A DNA stretch of 64,000 nt from a phage: the sequence record PZ053912.1. The stretch is one strand, 5' to 3'. The notes under the pieces are model-generated. The model worked only from the letters and a program-made list of their open reading frames with translations, did no database searches and was not told the origin of the DNA. The position numbers and the translations under genes were made by a program. Shown here one piece after another: positions 46,566 to 56,650 of the stretch; positions within the stretch are counted from its first letter, which is position 1, and each line of letters begins with the position of its first letter.

Positions 46566-48254
46566 TTATGAAACAGTCATTACCGTAAATCGTCCAACTT
46601 TGCTCATTTGAAGATGTTGTCCATAACGTTGAGGGTCATGGTCTCGATGAGAGATAATGAACACATTAGTATTTTGTAAACTTCCAAGAATGGTATCTAT
46701 AGCCTTAACAGCCTCAGAATCGACAGCACCATCAAAAACCTCATCAAGAATCAGAGTGTTGATTTTAACACCAGAGACCTTTTCAGCAATATCTCGCCAT
46801 GTAAACAACAATGCGATATCGATACGTGCCTTTTCACCTTGACTAAATGAAGCATAACTAAAATCTTCACGACCACGTGATTTTATAGATTCATTGAATT
46901 CTTCATCAATAGAAAACACGTAATCAGCTTCCATGATTTTAAGATAATAGTTAATCTGCTTGTTGAACAGAGGCACATATTTTTTAATGATAGCACCTTT
47001 AATACCAGAATCTTTTAACATATCTGTGATAATACCACGATGGTATTTTTCAAGAACGATATCTGATTTTGTTTTAATGATTTTATCAAGTTCTTTTTGA
47101 AGCAAAGCTATCTCATCAGCATGGTCGATAAATTCCGCCGAGGCTTGTTCTATTGCAGCTTTAACTTTCTTAGCTTTATCAATAGTGGCAATCATTGCTT
47201 GTTTCTTGGTACGAATATCAGATGCAAGGTCCTGTTTAGTCTTAACATTAGCTCTATATTCGTCCACTAGGACACTCAGATTATCTCTGTGACATGTAAG
47301 TTGCTCGAATGAGTGATTACATTCATGAAGCTTATCGGTAATCTTAGAGACAATAGGATCACCCTGGTGCAACTGCGATGCACAAGTAGGACATGTACCA
47401 CCATCATGATACATCTTAATAACTTTGTTATACGAGTCAATTTTAGATTTAATCAAGAATGCTTCTTGTCCTATCTTGTTGAATGCCTCAGTAGGGTCTT
47501 CATCAAGAACGATATTAAGTAGTCGCTCATTAGCTTCTTCGATTTCTGCTTTTAATGAACGAGCTTCTTTGGCTAGGTCGTCATACATATTCTGTAGACG
47601 CGCTACATTATCACCAGATAATTTCTTTTGACGTTCGATATTCTCGTTATAAATCTTAATTTGTTGGATAACACCATCTTTCTTGGCATCGAGAACTTGT
47701 CCCTGGGAATTAAGTTCTCGAACTTGAGACTTATTGATTTTATCCATTTCAGCGAGTGTGCCGACTTCTAAAAGGTCTTCGACAAGTTTTCTACGAGCAG
47801 GGGTGCTAAGAGCCATGAAAGGGGTATACCCTGCCGTCCCAAGCACAACGATTTGTTTAAAAGACGCGTATGACATTCCGATGCTACGTTCAAATTCTTC
47901 TTGGAAGTCACGACTGCTGGCAGATTCATCAAGACGAACACCGTCAACGGAGATTTCGAAAATATTGGGTTTTTGGCCACGTTTAATGAAGTATTTTTTA
48001 CCATCGAATTCCATCCAAAGCTCAACTAAGAGCTCTTTCTTGTTCGTGCTATTAATGATTTGCCCTTTCTTAACATCACGAAATGGTTTACCAAAAAGTC
48101 CGAAAGTAATGGCTTCTAACATCGTAGATTTACCACCACCATTTTTACCAGTGATTAATGTCTTTTGGACTTTATCTAATTGGATGTCAATAGGATTCCC
48201 ACCTACCGACATGATGTTTTGATAACGAACACGATTTAATTTAAATGATTTCAT
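46566..48254 (-). CDS. 46: recombination endonuclease subunit gp46 (Rad50/SbcC-like)
   Basis: 562 aa; Walker A GKNGGGKST, central coiled coil with CPTC zinc hook, C-terminal LILDEVFDG signature. Confidence 0.9.
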   Translation of the reverse strand: MKSFKLNRVRYQNIMSVGGNPIDIQLDKVQKTLITGKNGGGKSTMLEAITFGLFGKPFRDVKKGQIINSTNKKELLVELWMEFDGKKYFIKRGQKPNIFEISVDGVRLDESASSRDFQEEFERSIGMSYASFKQIVVLGTAGYTPFMALSTPARRKLVEDLLEVGTLAEMDKINKSQVRELNSQGQVLDAKKDGVIQQIKIYNENIERQKKLSGDNVARLQNMYDDLAKEARSLKAEIEEANERLLNIVLDEDPTEAFNKIGQEAFLIKSKIDSYNKVIKMYHDGGTCPTCASQLHQGDPIVSKITDKLHECNHSFEQLTCHRDNLSVLVDEYRANVKTKQDLASDIRTKKQAMIATIDKAKKVKAAIEQASAEFIDHADEIALLQKELDKIIKTKSDIVLEKYHRGIITDMLKDSGIKGAIIKKYVPLFNKQINYYLKIMEADYVFSIDEEFNESIKSRGREDFSYASFSQGEKARIDIALLFTWRDIAEKVSGVKINTLILDEVFDGAVDSEAVKAIDTILGSLQNTNVFIISHRDHDPQRYGQHLQMSKVGRFTVMTVS

Positions 48255-48505
48255 ATGTATTCTCTTCGAATGAAGTCCTCTACATATTTTAACATGTCAT
48301 CTCTATCAGCAAAATATTCATCTAGTTCTGCATATATAACAACACCTGGCGCGTACTCACAGGTAACATACATTGTTCCAAAGAAACGAGGAGTTGATTC
48401 CTCGTAATTCTCAGTCCATTCAACGACGCCAATATAACCGTCACCAATACTAAATTCATGACGATGGATTTCATAATCAGTCTTCGTCATTATATGCATC
48501 CTCAA
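48251..48505 (-). CDS. hypothetical protein (46.1 position)
   Basis: ORF track 84 aa. Confidence 0.45.
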   Translation of the reverse strand: MRMHIMTKTDYEIHRHEFSIGDGYIGVVEWTENYEESTPRFFGTMYVTCEYAPGVVIYAELDEYFADRDDMLKYVEDFIRREYI

Positions 48506-48734
48506 TACACGCTTCAGCCATTTTAAGAATAGAGCCAGGAGTATCGTTGTCCATTATATTAAAGCTAAATTCAATAGCCCAGTCGGTGCAGACATGAACT
48601 GCTTTAACTTCATTGCCTTCAACGCGTAATGGCTCAATCCAATACTTGATAGTGTTCTCGAATCCATCATCGTCTTTAACGTCCATTTCGACTTCAAGCC
48701 TGAGTCCAGCATTGTTAAATTCATCTAAAGTCAT
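48477..48734 (-). CDS. hypothetical protein (46.2 position)
   Basis: ORF track 85 aa. Confidence 0.45.
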   Translation of the reverse strand: MTLDEFNNAGLRLEVEMDVKDDDGFENTIKYWIEPLRVEGNEVKAVHVCTDWAIEFSFNIMDNDTPGSILKMAEACIEDAYNDED

Positions 48735-49750
48735 TGTGTTGCCTCAATATAAAGTTCGTTGGAATATTTGACCAGCGCTTCTCTGTCTTCGTCTGAGATA
48801 TCTGGAATCGCGTCAATATATTCTTTAATGATATCTTGAAGTGATTTAATCTCGATTTCCTGGTCGTCATCAGATTCAACACTGTTATCAACTTTAGAAA
48901 CCATACGAAGAGAGTGGACTACTTTTTCAAGTTCAGATTCAAACTTAGTCAACTCTGAATCAATTTCTGATACTATAACACGTAAGGCTAGATTAGTATA
49001 ATCAGAATAATTGATTTTGCCTTTAAACGGATAAGTGATTCGTCGATGCCATGTTGTTTCATTAGGAATAAATTCCATACGTTCAACATCAGTGTCAAAT
49101 ACCCAGAATCCGCGCGGGTCGTTCTCATCGCCTGCAGTAAGGGTCCATGGTGTCCCAATATATTTGACGTTAGCAGCTTCAGAGATTGTGTGGAAGTGGC
49201 CGGACCAGACTTGTTTATAGGTCTTTAAGAAATCAGGTTCAAGCCCATGAGACTTCATTCCTTTATAGAAATAAAAGCCATTCAGTTCCCAGTGCCCAAC
49301 ACAATACGCGGCAGAAGAAGTCTTGATGTGCTCTAAGATTTCACCTGTATTTTCTTCACACATCCATGGAACGATATCAATCAGACATCCGTCAAAATCT
49401 ACAGTAGTTGGATGCTCGTAAATAGTAAAGTTTTCAAATTGAGTTAACAATTCAGAAACAGTGTTAGGTGTTATTGTATTCTTGAACGCCATGTCATGGT
49501 TTCCTATCGTGACATGAACGTGAATGCCTGCTTTAGAAATCATATCAACGATTTCACGATTGAATTCCATTGTACGATGTGTTATTGCTTTACGGACGTC
49601 AAACCAATCACCATACTGAATCCAAGTTTTAATCCCGTGTTTCTTAGAGTATTCAATTGCTTGACGAATACCATCACGTTGAATATCTTGAACCCATGGG
49701 TCATCTTGTTTGACTCCGATATGGAAGTCGCCTAAGTGCAAAATTTTCAT
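48731..49750 (-). CDS. 47: recombination endonuclease subunit gp47 (Mre11/SbcD-like)
   Basis: 339 aa; phosphoesterase motifs LHLGDFH, GNHD. Confidence 0.9.
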   Translation of the reverse strand: MKILHLGDFHIGVKQDDPWVQDIQRDGIRQAIEYSKKHGIKTWIQYGDWFDVRKAITHRTMEFNREIVDMISKAGIHVHVTIGNHDMAFKNTITPNTVSELLTQFENFTIYEHPTTVDFDGCLIDIVPWMCEENTGEILEHIKTSSAAYCVGHWELNGFYFYKGMKSHGLEPDFLKTYKQVWSGHFHTISEAANVKYIGTPWTLTAGDENDPRGFWVFDTDVERMEFIPNETTWHRRITYPFKGKINYSDYTNLALRVIVSEIDSELTKFESELEKVVHSLRMVSKVDNSVESDDDQEIEIKSLQDIIKEYIDAIPDISDEDREALVKYSNELYIEATQ

Positions 49751-49819
49751 ATTATTTCCTCATTAGTTAATTCATTCTATCATCCGTTTATAAAGCAAAA
49801 AAGGAACTCCGAAGAGTTC

Positions 49820-49993
49820 CTATCCACATAGTACACCGTACAGAGGCTCATTTGAACTTTTAAATCGAATGGGCTTGTATGTAATAGTTCCTTCGGCTTT
49901 AGCTTTATCATAAGACTCTTTAAAACGTCTCATTCTTTCTGCTTTGCCTTTACGGATTTTATCGAAATTTTCAGAGGTCAGGTCGTTCGTCAT
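49820..49993 (-). CDS. small basic protein (57 aa)
   Basis: Manual translation MTNDLTSENFDKIRKGKAERMRRFKESYDKAKAEGT..; GAGGTGA SD; below track cutoff. Confidence 0.3.
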   Translation of the reverse strand: MTNDLTSENFDKIRKGKAERMRRFKESYDKAKAEGTITYKPIRFKSSNEPLYGVLCG

Positions 49994-50032
49994 GCATAAT
50001 CACCTCTCAGAAAATACCTAAATCGATTTCTC

Positions 50033-50254
50033 TCATCGTTTCCACCATTTCTTAACTTGAAATGAATCAACCCACACGAGTTGTTTTGGGTCTGCCTTTA
50101 CAATAGGCGGACAAATTTCTGTAATAGAACCGTCGTGATATTCCTTTTCGGAAATTTTAACACAAAGAGGACCTCCCAATTTAAGGGTGAATCCTGCGTT
50201 CAGATTAAGACGTTTAAACTTTGTTTGAACTAGCGCCATTAATGATGTCCTCAA
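50033..50254 (-). CDS. hypothetical protein (73 aa)
   Basis: ORF track. Confidence 0.4.
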   Translation of the reverse strand: MRTSLMALVQTKFKRLNLNAGFTLKLGGPLCVKISEKEYHDGSITEICPPIVKADPKQLVWVDSFQVKKWWKR

Positions 50255-50537
50255 TAGCCTGACGAGTAGTAATCCACTGGATTTTAATTAACTTGTCATT
50301 ATATGGTTGTCGTAGAATATCCCGAGATTTCTTAATAGCATATTCGTAAGCTTCGAAGTTGTTTTGAATTGCTGCTTCTTGAGCATGAGCATAAAGACGG
50401 TTTAGTTCAAAACGATTCTTTTTAAGAATCTTTTCGGATTTTTTACGTGCTTCAGCTTCATTTTTCTTTTGGATTTCTTGTAGCATTTTAGCTACTGCAT
50501 CTTCTGCTTCTTTATTTTCAATAATCTCGGTAGTCAT
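50214..50537 (-). CDS. hypothetical protein (107 aa)
   Basis: ORF track. Confidence 0.45.
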   Translation of the reverse strand: MTTEIIENKEAEDAVAKMLQEIQKKNEAEARKKSEKILKKNRFELNRLYAHAQEAAIQNNFEAYEYAIKKSRDILRQPYNDKLIKIQWITTRQAIEDIINGASSNKV

Positions 50538-50538
50538 A

Positions 50539-50748
50539 TTATCTCATTAAATTAAAATAAAAACGTCCATCCTCTTCAATACAGAACTCATACTCAACCG
50601 GAGTCCCATTTATCGAAAATGACACGTCATGTGGGTTCAAAGGGTCGATGTCAAAATTAATTTTAAATTCACGACCCAACAGTTTTACCAAATAAGGGAT
50701 TGCTTCGTCAAAAGGTTCTTCTAAGTAGTTAGAGATGTCAATTGTCAT
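50539..50748 (-). CDS. hypothetical protein (about 69 aa from internal ATG)
   Basis: Track ORF 50539..50832 overlaps gp55; trimmed. Confidence 0.35.
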   Translation of the reverse strand: MTIDISNYLEEPFDEAIPYLVKLLGREFKINFDIDPLNPHDVSFSINGTPVEYEFCIEEDGRFYFNLMR

Positions 50749-51295
50749 CCTCATATAAAAAATCCAAACTAGGCGAATCGCTAACAACTTCCTTCTTTTC
50801 AGCCCCAGGAGCTTTATAAGCGGATTCTTCATAATGCGTCATTTTATCGTAGATGTCTTGAATAAACGTTTCATCTACCAACGCTACCATATCATCGTCA
50901 TGACTGTCGTAGACATTATGAACGAAGTAACTATATTTCTTTGCAACTTCCTTACGTTCTTTTTTGATACGTTGGACAAAAGCATTAAAACAAGCTCGAG
51001 TTATGTATGCATGTGGGTTATTGTACTTAGTTTCGTCGAAATTATGAAGTCCCTTAATAGAGGCTTCAATCCCATCTGCAATCATCTCCTGCTTCCAAGA
51101 CTGGGTATATCCTGAAAAGTTGAAACGTTTGGACAGGCCTTCGGCGATAAGCATAATTGCTAAACCGATGGTATCATTCTGACGAATAATTTTGTTTGGG
51201 TCTTTATTATTTAAGAGCTCCTTTTTCCACTCGATTATAGCGGCGAGAAGCTCTTTATTATTCACATAGTTATTTTTAGGTTTTTGTTCAGTCAT
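50738..51295 (-). CDS. 55: late sigma factor gp55
   Basis: 185 aa; [52 protein letters not shown] matches T4 gp55. Confidence 0.9.
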   Translation of the reverse strand: MTEQKPKNNYVNNKELLAAIIEWKKELLNNKDPNKIIRQNDTIGLAIMLIAEGLSKRFNFSGYTQSWKQEMIADGIEASIKGLHNFDETKYNNPHAYITRACFNAFVQRIKKERKEVAKKYSYFVHNVYDSHDDDMVALVDETFIQDIYDKMTHYEESAYKAPGAEKKEVVSDSPSLDFLYEDDN

Positions 51296-51450
51296 AAGTA
51301 CCTCTTAGCTCAATTCATAGGTCTATTATATCATAATATTTAGAGACCTATCTTAAAGCACGAGATACTATCAAAGATACATAACTTTCATAAAGTTGTT
51401 GACTTAAAATTCACCAAACTTTTCTTCGGTTATAGCGATTCAAGATAGTT

Positions 51451-51678
51451 TCATTCTATTTCCTTTGCTGCAAATAAGGCAGCATCCAACGAATCAAATT
51501 GGTCAACGAAATCAATATTCAACGCATCGTCAACTGTAGCATATAACCACCATTGTTTGAATTCGTATTCAAGAATAAATCCAGGACCTTCAATCTGAGG
51601 AAGACCTAGGCTATTTGTACCAACTTCGTAACCAGCTAGACGCAGGTCATTAATCAAAGTTTCTGTTAATACGCTCAT
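51451..51678 (-). CDS. hypothetical protein (75 aa)
   Basis: ORF track. Confidence 0.45.
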   Translation of the reverse strand: MSVLTETLINDLRLAGYEVGTNSLGLPQIEGPGFILEYEFKQWWLYATVDDALNIDFVDQFDSLDAALFAAKEIE

Positions 51679-52007
51679 TTTACCGCCTTAACAATTTTCA
51701 AGTCAGCGAATTTTTTCTTACGTTGATTTTTCATACGACGGATAGTTTTTTCAGAGATTTCATGTTTCTGATAAGCTTTAGATTCAACACCAAATGCAGC
51801 AACGTCAAATTCAGAAAGAATATATTGTACTAGAATTTCGCGAATAGAATTACGTCCAATTTTCTGGTCGTGTTTTTGCATGATTTCATAAAGACGGAAT
51901 TCCCACGCGTCAAGAACTTGAGGAGTAACAATATTGCCGGATTCCAGAAGAGCAACAACTTTATCGAAAGCGAAAGAATTAACTACGTTTTTGATTTTAG
52001 TAGACAT
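51675..52007 (-). CDS. hypothetical protein (110 aa from ATG 52007)
   Basis: GAGGAAAA SD; track start lies within the promoter cassette. Confidence 0.45.
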   Translation of the reverse strand: MSTKIKNVVNSFAFDKVVALLESGNIVTPQVLDAWEFRLYEIMQKHDQKIGRNSIREILVQYILSEFDVAAFGVESKAYQKHEISEKTIRRMKNQRKKKFADLKIVKAVK

Positions 52008-52044
52008 ATTATTTTCCTCGGTTGTTTTATTATCCAATGAGAGC

Positions 52045-52073
52045 ATTATACTCTGCTCTCAAGAGTTTGTACA
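52045..52073 (-). promoter_or_regulatory. early promoter, second copy of the ndd-type cassette (37-bp identity with 6772-6808)
   Basis: Read from sequence. Confidence 0.5.
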
Positions 52074-52313
52074 TTATTTCGTGATAAGATAATGTAAATA
52101 GTTTGCTTGACGAACACTGATATCAACACCCATATCAAAGATACCTTTATAGAACGGGTATTTGTTTTCAGTAGAATCTAGACTAAAAGCCTTTCCACCA
52201 CAACTAACGGTAATAGCATCAGTTAAAGTGTCATATACAAACTTAATAGTTGAGCCATTCACTACGACTTCAAGACGTTTTTTCGATGTAGTAATGTCTA
52301 ATTCTTGTTCCAT
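52074..52313 (-). CDS. hypothetical protein (79 aa)
   Basis: ORF track. Confidence 0.45.
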   Translation of the reverse strand: MEQELDITTSKKRLEVVVNGSTIKFVYDTLTDAITVSCGGKAFSLDSTENKYPFYKGIFDMGVDISVRQANYLHYLITK

Positions 52314-52376
52314 GATATTTTCCTCATTTTAAGACGATAGGAATATAATAACATGTCTTCCTATCGTTGTACATTA

Positions 52377-52589
52377 TTAACCGAACTTTTTAGCGCCTTT
52401 CCAGCCTTCGTACATAACTGCGCAAGTCAGTAGTACAGCGTGCTGGCATTCTTTGTATTTGTAAATCCAGAACCAACGTAAAAAGTCTTCATCATCAACA
52501 CCGTTGAGTTTCATATTGGCAAAGAATTCGGCACGTTCTTCACGAAGTTGCCATGACACAATATTTTCAGGATTCATTTTGTGTTCCAC
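52377..52589 (-). CDS. hypothetical protein (70 aa)
   Basis: ORF track. Confidence 0.4.
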   Translation of the reverse strand: MEHKMNPENIVSWQLREERAEFFANMKLNGVDDEDFLRWFWIYKYKECQHAVLLTCAVMYEGWKGAKKFG

Positions 52590-52801
52590 GCCCCATTTTC
52601 ATCGATGAACTTAATCCAGTCATTTACAGACCATTTAGTTGTATCACCCTTTGGATTAGCATTTAAAGTATATAATCCCTGCTTAAAAAGCATTCGTTTG
52701 ATATTCATAATTTCCTCAACTGTACCGATAACATTCGTTAGCTTTACGTTTGGCTTCAGTATGAGAAGTATTATAATCATAATCTTCTTTACTGTAAACA
52801 T
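52574..52801 (-). CDS. hypothetical protein (75 aa)
   Basis: ORF track. Confidence 0.4.
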   Translation of the reverse strand: MFTVKKIMIIILLILKPNVKLTNVIGTVEEIMNIKRMLFKQGLYTLNANPKGDTTKWSVNDWIKFIDENGAWNTK

Positions 52802-53036
52802 CTTTTTTCAACTTACGAACTTCTTTGCGAAGTTGTCGATTCATTTCATTCTTGACTTCAGAATCAACGCCTTTCATACGTTTCCATTTATCTGAGCGGA
52901 AAATGTTTTCAACCATGTCTTTGTGGCTAACACCGTCAGGAGCTTTACGCTTACCAAAATAGTCGTAATCACGAACTTTCAAATCTTTACGACGATACGT
53001 TTTACCCATAGGTACCTCAGAGGTTGATTGATACAA
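52716..53036 (-). CDS. hypothetical basic protein (106 aa; start uncertain)
   Basis: ORF track; overlaps neighbour. Confidence 0.4.
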   Translation of the reverse strand: MYQSTSEVPMGKTYRRKDLKVRDYDYFGKRKAPDGVSHKDMVENIFRSDKWKRMKGVDSEVKNEMNRQLRKEVRKLKKDVYSKEDYDYNTSHTEAKRKANECYRYS

Positions 53037-53385
53037 TGCGTTTGATAAAATTCACTTCACTTACTGAAAGGTCTTTAAGACCGATTGATTCTAAACGCTG
53101 AGTAAGCGTCAACATTGGGATATAGTCCCATTGTGTTTTAGACGTTTGATAAGTACGGACGCCATTAGCAATTTCAACATGCAAATCGGAAATGGTAATG
53201 AATATCAGACGTTCGTTGTTTACATTAAGAGTTAGAACAACTTTCTTTGAATCTAAACTAATCATTTTATTTTCCTCTATAGTAGATGGTTTAATCTTAA
53301 CACATCTATTGAGGATGTAAACTGTTTTATGAAAATATTTTCGATTTGAGAGGGGCACAAGGAGATAGTGAAGTGAAGATTCCAA
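53017..53385 (-). CDS. hypothetical protein (122 aa)
   Basis: ORF track. Confidence 0.45.
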   Translation of the reverse strand: MESSLHYLLVPLSNRKYFHKTVYILNRCVKIKPSTIEENKMISLDSKKVVLTLNVNNERLIFITISDLHVEIANGVRTYQTSKTQWDYIPMLTLTQRLESIGLKDLSVSEVNFIKRIVSINL

Positions 53386-53430
53386 TGGATTATATTAGAA
53401 ATGAGATAAAGAAGACCAGGCGGCACCTGG

Positions 53431-53754
53431 TCAATCTTCTATGATATCAGAGTCATATCCTAATGAAATCAAGGACTTTTTAAACTCTGCAATATTCTTT
53501 TGTTTCTTATCATTTAAAAATATGACAGGATAACGAATATTAAGTGAAGTGAATCCTGCACGTTTAGCAAGAGATACGATTAAAGGACGGTCGTATTCAA
53601 TCTTACCATTATTAGTGAGGACTTTATAAAACGTATAAGGAGCATTGAGCTCCTTTAAAAGTTTTGTAACAGTATAACATCCCGGACAACGTCCTACTTC
53701 TTCAGGGATGCCATAAATTTCAATCTTGTTCTTTAAGTTCGAGTTTTGTTCCAC
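53431..53754 (-). CDS. nrdH: glutaredoxin-like protein (NrdH-type, CPGC active site), probable GTG start
   Basis: IEIYGIPEEVGRCPGCY thioredoxin-fold motif; no in-frame ATG downstream of the overlapping upstream gene; GTG at 53754 with AAGGAA SD. Confidence 0.5.
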   Translation of the reverse strand: MEQNSNLKNKIEIYGIPEEVGRCPGCYTVTKLLKELNAPYTFYKVLTNNGKIEYDRPLIVSLAKRAGFTSLNIRYPVIFLNDKKQKNIAEFKKSLISLGYDSDIIED

Positions 53755-54037
53755 GAGAAATAATTCCTTGGTAAGCCCAATAAGGAGGATTAACAGAATC
53801 CTCACCAGAGTTTTCTTCAGGAAAATAAACCTGGATAACAAATCCAGATTCATCAAAGGTAAAATAAACCGTAGGCAGTTCACCTAACAATTCGGCGCGA
53901 GCATTAATTTCTTCGAGATCTCGTTCACGTCCAGCCCAAAAACTAGGATTTAGATTACATTCGTAAAAATAATAGTCATTACCGAACATATCAAACCCAT
54001 TCCAACTCTCTACCACGTACCGCTCAAAACTAATCAT
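53720..54037 (-). CDS. hypothetical acidic protein (105 aa)
   Basis: ORF track. Confidence 0.45.
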   Translation of the reverse strand: MISFERYVVESWNGFDMFGNDYYFYECNLNPSFWAGRERDLEEINARAELLGELPTVYFTFDESGFVIQVYFPEENSGEDSVNPPYWAYQGIISRGTKLELKEQD

Positions 54038-54039
54038 AA

Positions 54040-54255
54040 TTAAGCCTTTTTATCAAGAACAGAATTCAGTTTGTTAGTAATTTTGTCCAAACGTTCATTG
54101 AATTCGCTGGAGGATAAACCCTTTTCCGGAGAAATTAAACTAATCAAGAAAAATACAACAGTAAAAGGAATAAGAAAAATAGCTCCAACTGCCATAAACA
54201 GAAAGAATGTTACAGTTGTAAGAAAATCAGCTAAACCTTTACGAAATTTATACAT
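54040..54255 (-). CDS. small membrane protein (71 aa)
   Basis: ORF track; hydrophobic core. Confidence 0.45.
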   Translation of the reverse strand: MYKFRKGLADFLTTVTFFLFMAVGAIFLIPFTVVFFLISLISPEKGLSSSEFNERLDKITNKLNSVLDKKA

Positions 54256-54365
54256 ATTTACCCTTAATTAACTAAGCATTGATAAGCACTAAACTATATT
54301 GCGAATAAAATTCTGGACCAAAACGAAAAATCATATCATTTATAGTATCCATAATGTAATTCAAT

Positions 54366-54836
54366 TTAATCATGTTTCCACACCCCATCGGTATTTGACC
54401 AAAGTCGCTGATTATCTGATCCTCGCCACAGCTTTTTAGTCGGAAGATTTTTCTCATACTTCCCATCAATAATAACATCAACATATTTAAGCATTTCTAG
54501 TTGTTTAATATCTTCAAACTTATATCCTGTCCACAACCAAATGCTTTTATTAGGATAAAGATTTTTTACTGTTTGAACGATGCAATGAACAACATCTCGG
54601 TTGTCAGGATAGAGAGGGTCACCTCCGGTTATAGTCAATCCTTCTATATAATCATTATTCAAGCATTCAATTAATTGTTCTAGTGTCTCTCCAGTGAATG
54701 GAATGCCATTTCTAGCATTCCATGTTGATTTATTATAACACCCTTCGCATTTATGCAAACAACCTGTAACGAAAAGAACGACCCTGCATCCAGGGCCATT
54801 CACAAAATCGCAAGGATAAAATCTATCATAATTCAT
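54366..54836 (-). CDS. nrdG: anaerobic ribonucleotide reductase activating protein NrdG (radical SAM)
   Basis: 156 aa; CDFVNGPGCRVVLFVTGCLHKCEGC. Confidence 0.85.
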   Translation of the reverse strand: MNYDRFYPCDFVNGPGCRVVLFVTGCLHKCEGCYNKSTWNARNGIPFTGETLEQLIECLNNDYIEGLTITGGDPLYPDNRDVVHCIVQTVKNLYPNKSIWLWTGYKFEDIKQLEMLKYVDVIIDGKYEKNLPTKKLWRGSDNQRLWSNTDGVWKHD

Positions 54837-56650
54837 TGGTGTTTAACCCTATGCATGATTTCTTTATTTTTACCGAGATTAAATCCGCGTTCGTTCGGAT
54901 TTCCCAAATAACCGCATGTTCTTCTTATGGTGTTCATCTTTTTAGGATCACTTTCTCCACAAATAGAACAAACAAATCCGTTTTCAGTAGGAGTCATTTC
55001 ATGGGTACTTCCACATGTAAAACATTTATCTACTGGCATATTAACACCAAAATAATCTAAATGCTGTGCAGCATAATCCCATACAGCCTCAAGACCTTTT
55101 AGGTTATTTTTCATATCAGGAAGTTCAACATAAGAAATGTGACCACCTGTTGCAATGAAATGATACGGGGCTTCGCGAGAAATCTTTTCAAACGGAGTAA
55201 TATTTTCTTCTACCGAAACGTGGAAACTATTAGTGTACCAGCCTTTATCAGTAACATCTTTTACACTTCCATATTTCTCAGTATCAAGTTTACAGAAGCG
55301 ATAGCACAGGTTTTCAGCAGGTGTAGAATACAAGCTAAAAGCAAAACCGGTTCTTTCAGTCCACTGCTTAAGACGAGCATTCATTTTAGTTAAAATTTCC
55401 TGTCCAATATCACGTCCGACAAGAATATTCAATTCGTGAATACCAATGTATCCTAGGGACACTGAACTTCTACCATTTTTAAATAACTCAATTATATCGT
55501 CATCAGGTTTAAGACGAACCCCGAATGCACCTTCTTGGTAAAGAATAGGAGCTACAGTTGCTTTAACACCCTTTAAAGAACTAATTCTACACATCAAAGC
55601 TTCAAAACACAGATCCATTCGTTCATTAAATAGCTCAACAAATTTCTGTTCATTGAATTGTGTTCCAATATAAGAATCTAATGCAATACGAGGAAGATTC
55701 AGTGTTACAACACCAAGATTATTACGTCCATCAAGAATTTCATTACCAGTCGAATCTTTCCATACGCTCAAGAAACTACGACAGCCCATCGGAGAAACAG
55801 GAACTGAAGAACCAGTAATAGCTTTATTATTCTTAACCGAAATAATGTCAGGATACATTCTTTTGCTTGCACATTCTAACGCAAGTTGTTTAATATCATA
55901 GTTCGGATCATCTTTATAAAGATTAACACCTTCTTCAACAAACATAACAAGTTTAGGAAAAATAGGAGTTATCCCATCACGACCAAGGCCTTTAATGCGG
56001 TTTTTAAGAATTGTCTTCTGAATAATTCGTTCAGTCCAGTCAGTTCCAGTACCAAATGTAATTGTCACAAAAGGCGTTTGTCCGTTTGAACTAAAGAGAG
56101 TATTTACTTCATATTCATAAGCTTGGAATGCATCGTATACGTCTTTTTCTGTTTTAGATTGGGCGTAATTCAACGCATCAGCGATTTGCCATTTTTCTGC
56201 ATCCTCAATATGTTTTGCATAGGTGCGTTTAACATAAGGAGAAAGTACTTTATCTACATTCGCAAATGTAGTTCCACCATACTGATGCGAAGCAACTTGT
56301 GCAGTAATTTGTGCCATAATTGCAGTAGCAACGCCAATAGATTTAGGCGTTTCAATTTGAGCATTGCCTAATTTAAATCCATTCTCAAGCATTCCTTTTA
56401 AATCTACTAAACAGCAATTAGTAAATGGAAGAGCAGGAGAATAATCAATATCATGGAAATGGATAATTCCGCTTTCATGTGCTTTCATAATAAAAGACGG
56501 GACCATATTTTTGGCAATGTGCTTAGACACAATACCAGCCATAAGGTCCCGTTGAGTTGGAAAAACACGAGAATCTTTATTAGCATTCTCGTTCAAAAGA
56601 TCTTTATTAGTTTTATGAATTAATCCTTCAATTTCTTTTTCAATTTTCAT
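54833..56650 (-). CDS. nrdD: anaerobic ribonucleoside-triphosphate reductase NrdD (glycyl radical enzyme), uninterrupted
   Basis: 605 aa; C-terminal glycyl radical motif RTCGYLG and zinc ribbon CFTCG..CSICG; no intron. Confidence 0.9.
   Translation of the reverse strand: MKIEKEIEGLIHKTNKDLLNENANKDSRVFPTQRDLMAGIVSKHIAKNMVPSFIMKAHESGIIHFHDIDYSPALPFTNCCLVDLKGMLENGFKLGNAQIETPKSIGVATAIMAQITAQVASHQYGGTTFANVDKVLSPYVKRTYAKHIEDAEKWQIADALNYAQSKTEKDVYDAFQAYEYEVNTLFSSNGQTPFVTITFGTGTDWTERIIQKTILKNRIKGLGRDGITPIFPKLVMFVEEGVNLYKDDPNYDIKQLALECASKRMYPDIISVKNNKAITGSSVPVSPMGCRSFLSVWKDSTGNEILDGRNNLGVVTLNLPRIALDSYIGTQFNEQKFVELFNERMDLCFEALMCRISSLKGVKATVAPILYQEGAFGVRLKPDDDIIELFKNGRSSVSLGYIGIHELNILVGRDIGQEILTKMNARLKQWTERTGFAFSLYSTPAENLCYRFCKLDTEKYGSVKDVTDKGWYTNSFHVSVEENITPFEKISREAPYHFIATGGHISYVELPDMKNNLKGLEAVWDYAAQHLDYFGVNMPVDKCFTCGSTHEMTPTENGFVCSICGESDPKKMNTIRRTCGYLGNPNERGFNLGKNKEIMHRVKHQ

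Noticed and set aside
54833-56650. Group I intron and homing endonuclease in nrdD
   Set aside because: nrdD is an uninterrupted 605-aa ORF with intact glycyl-radical C-terminus.
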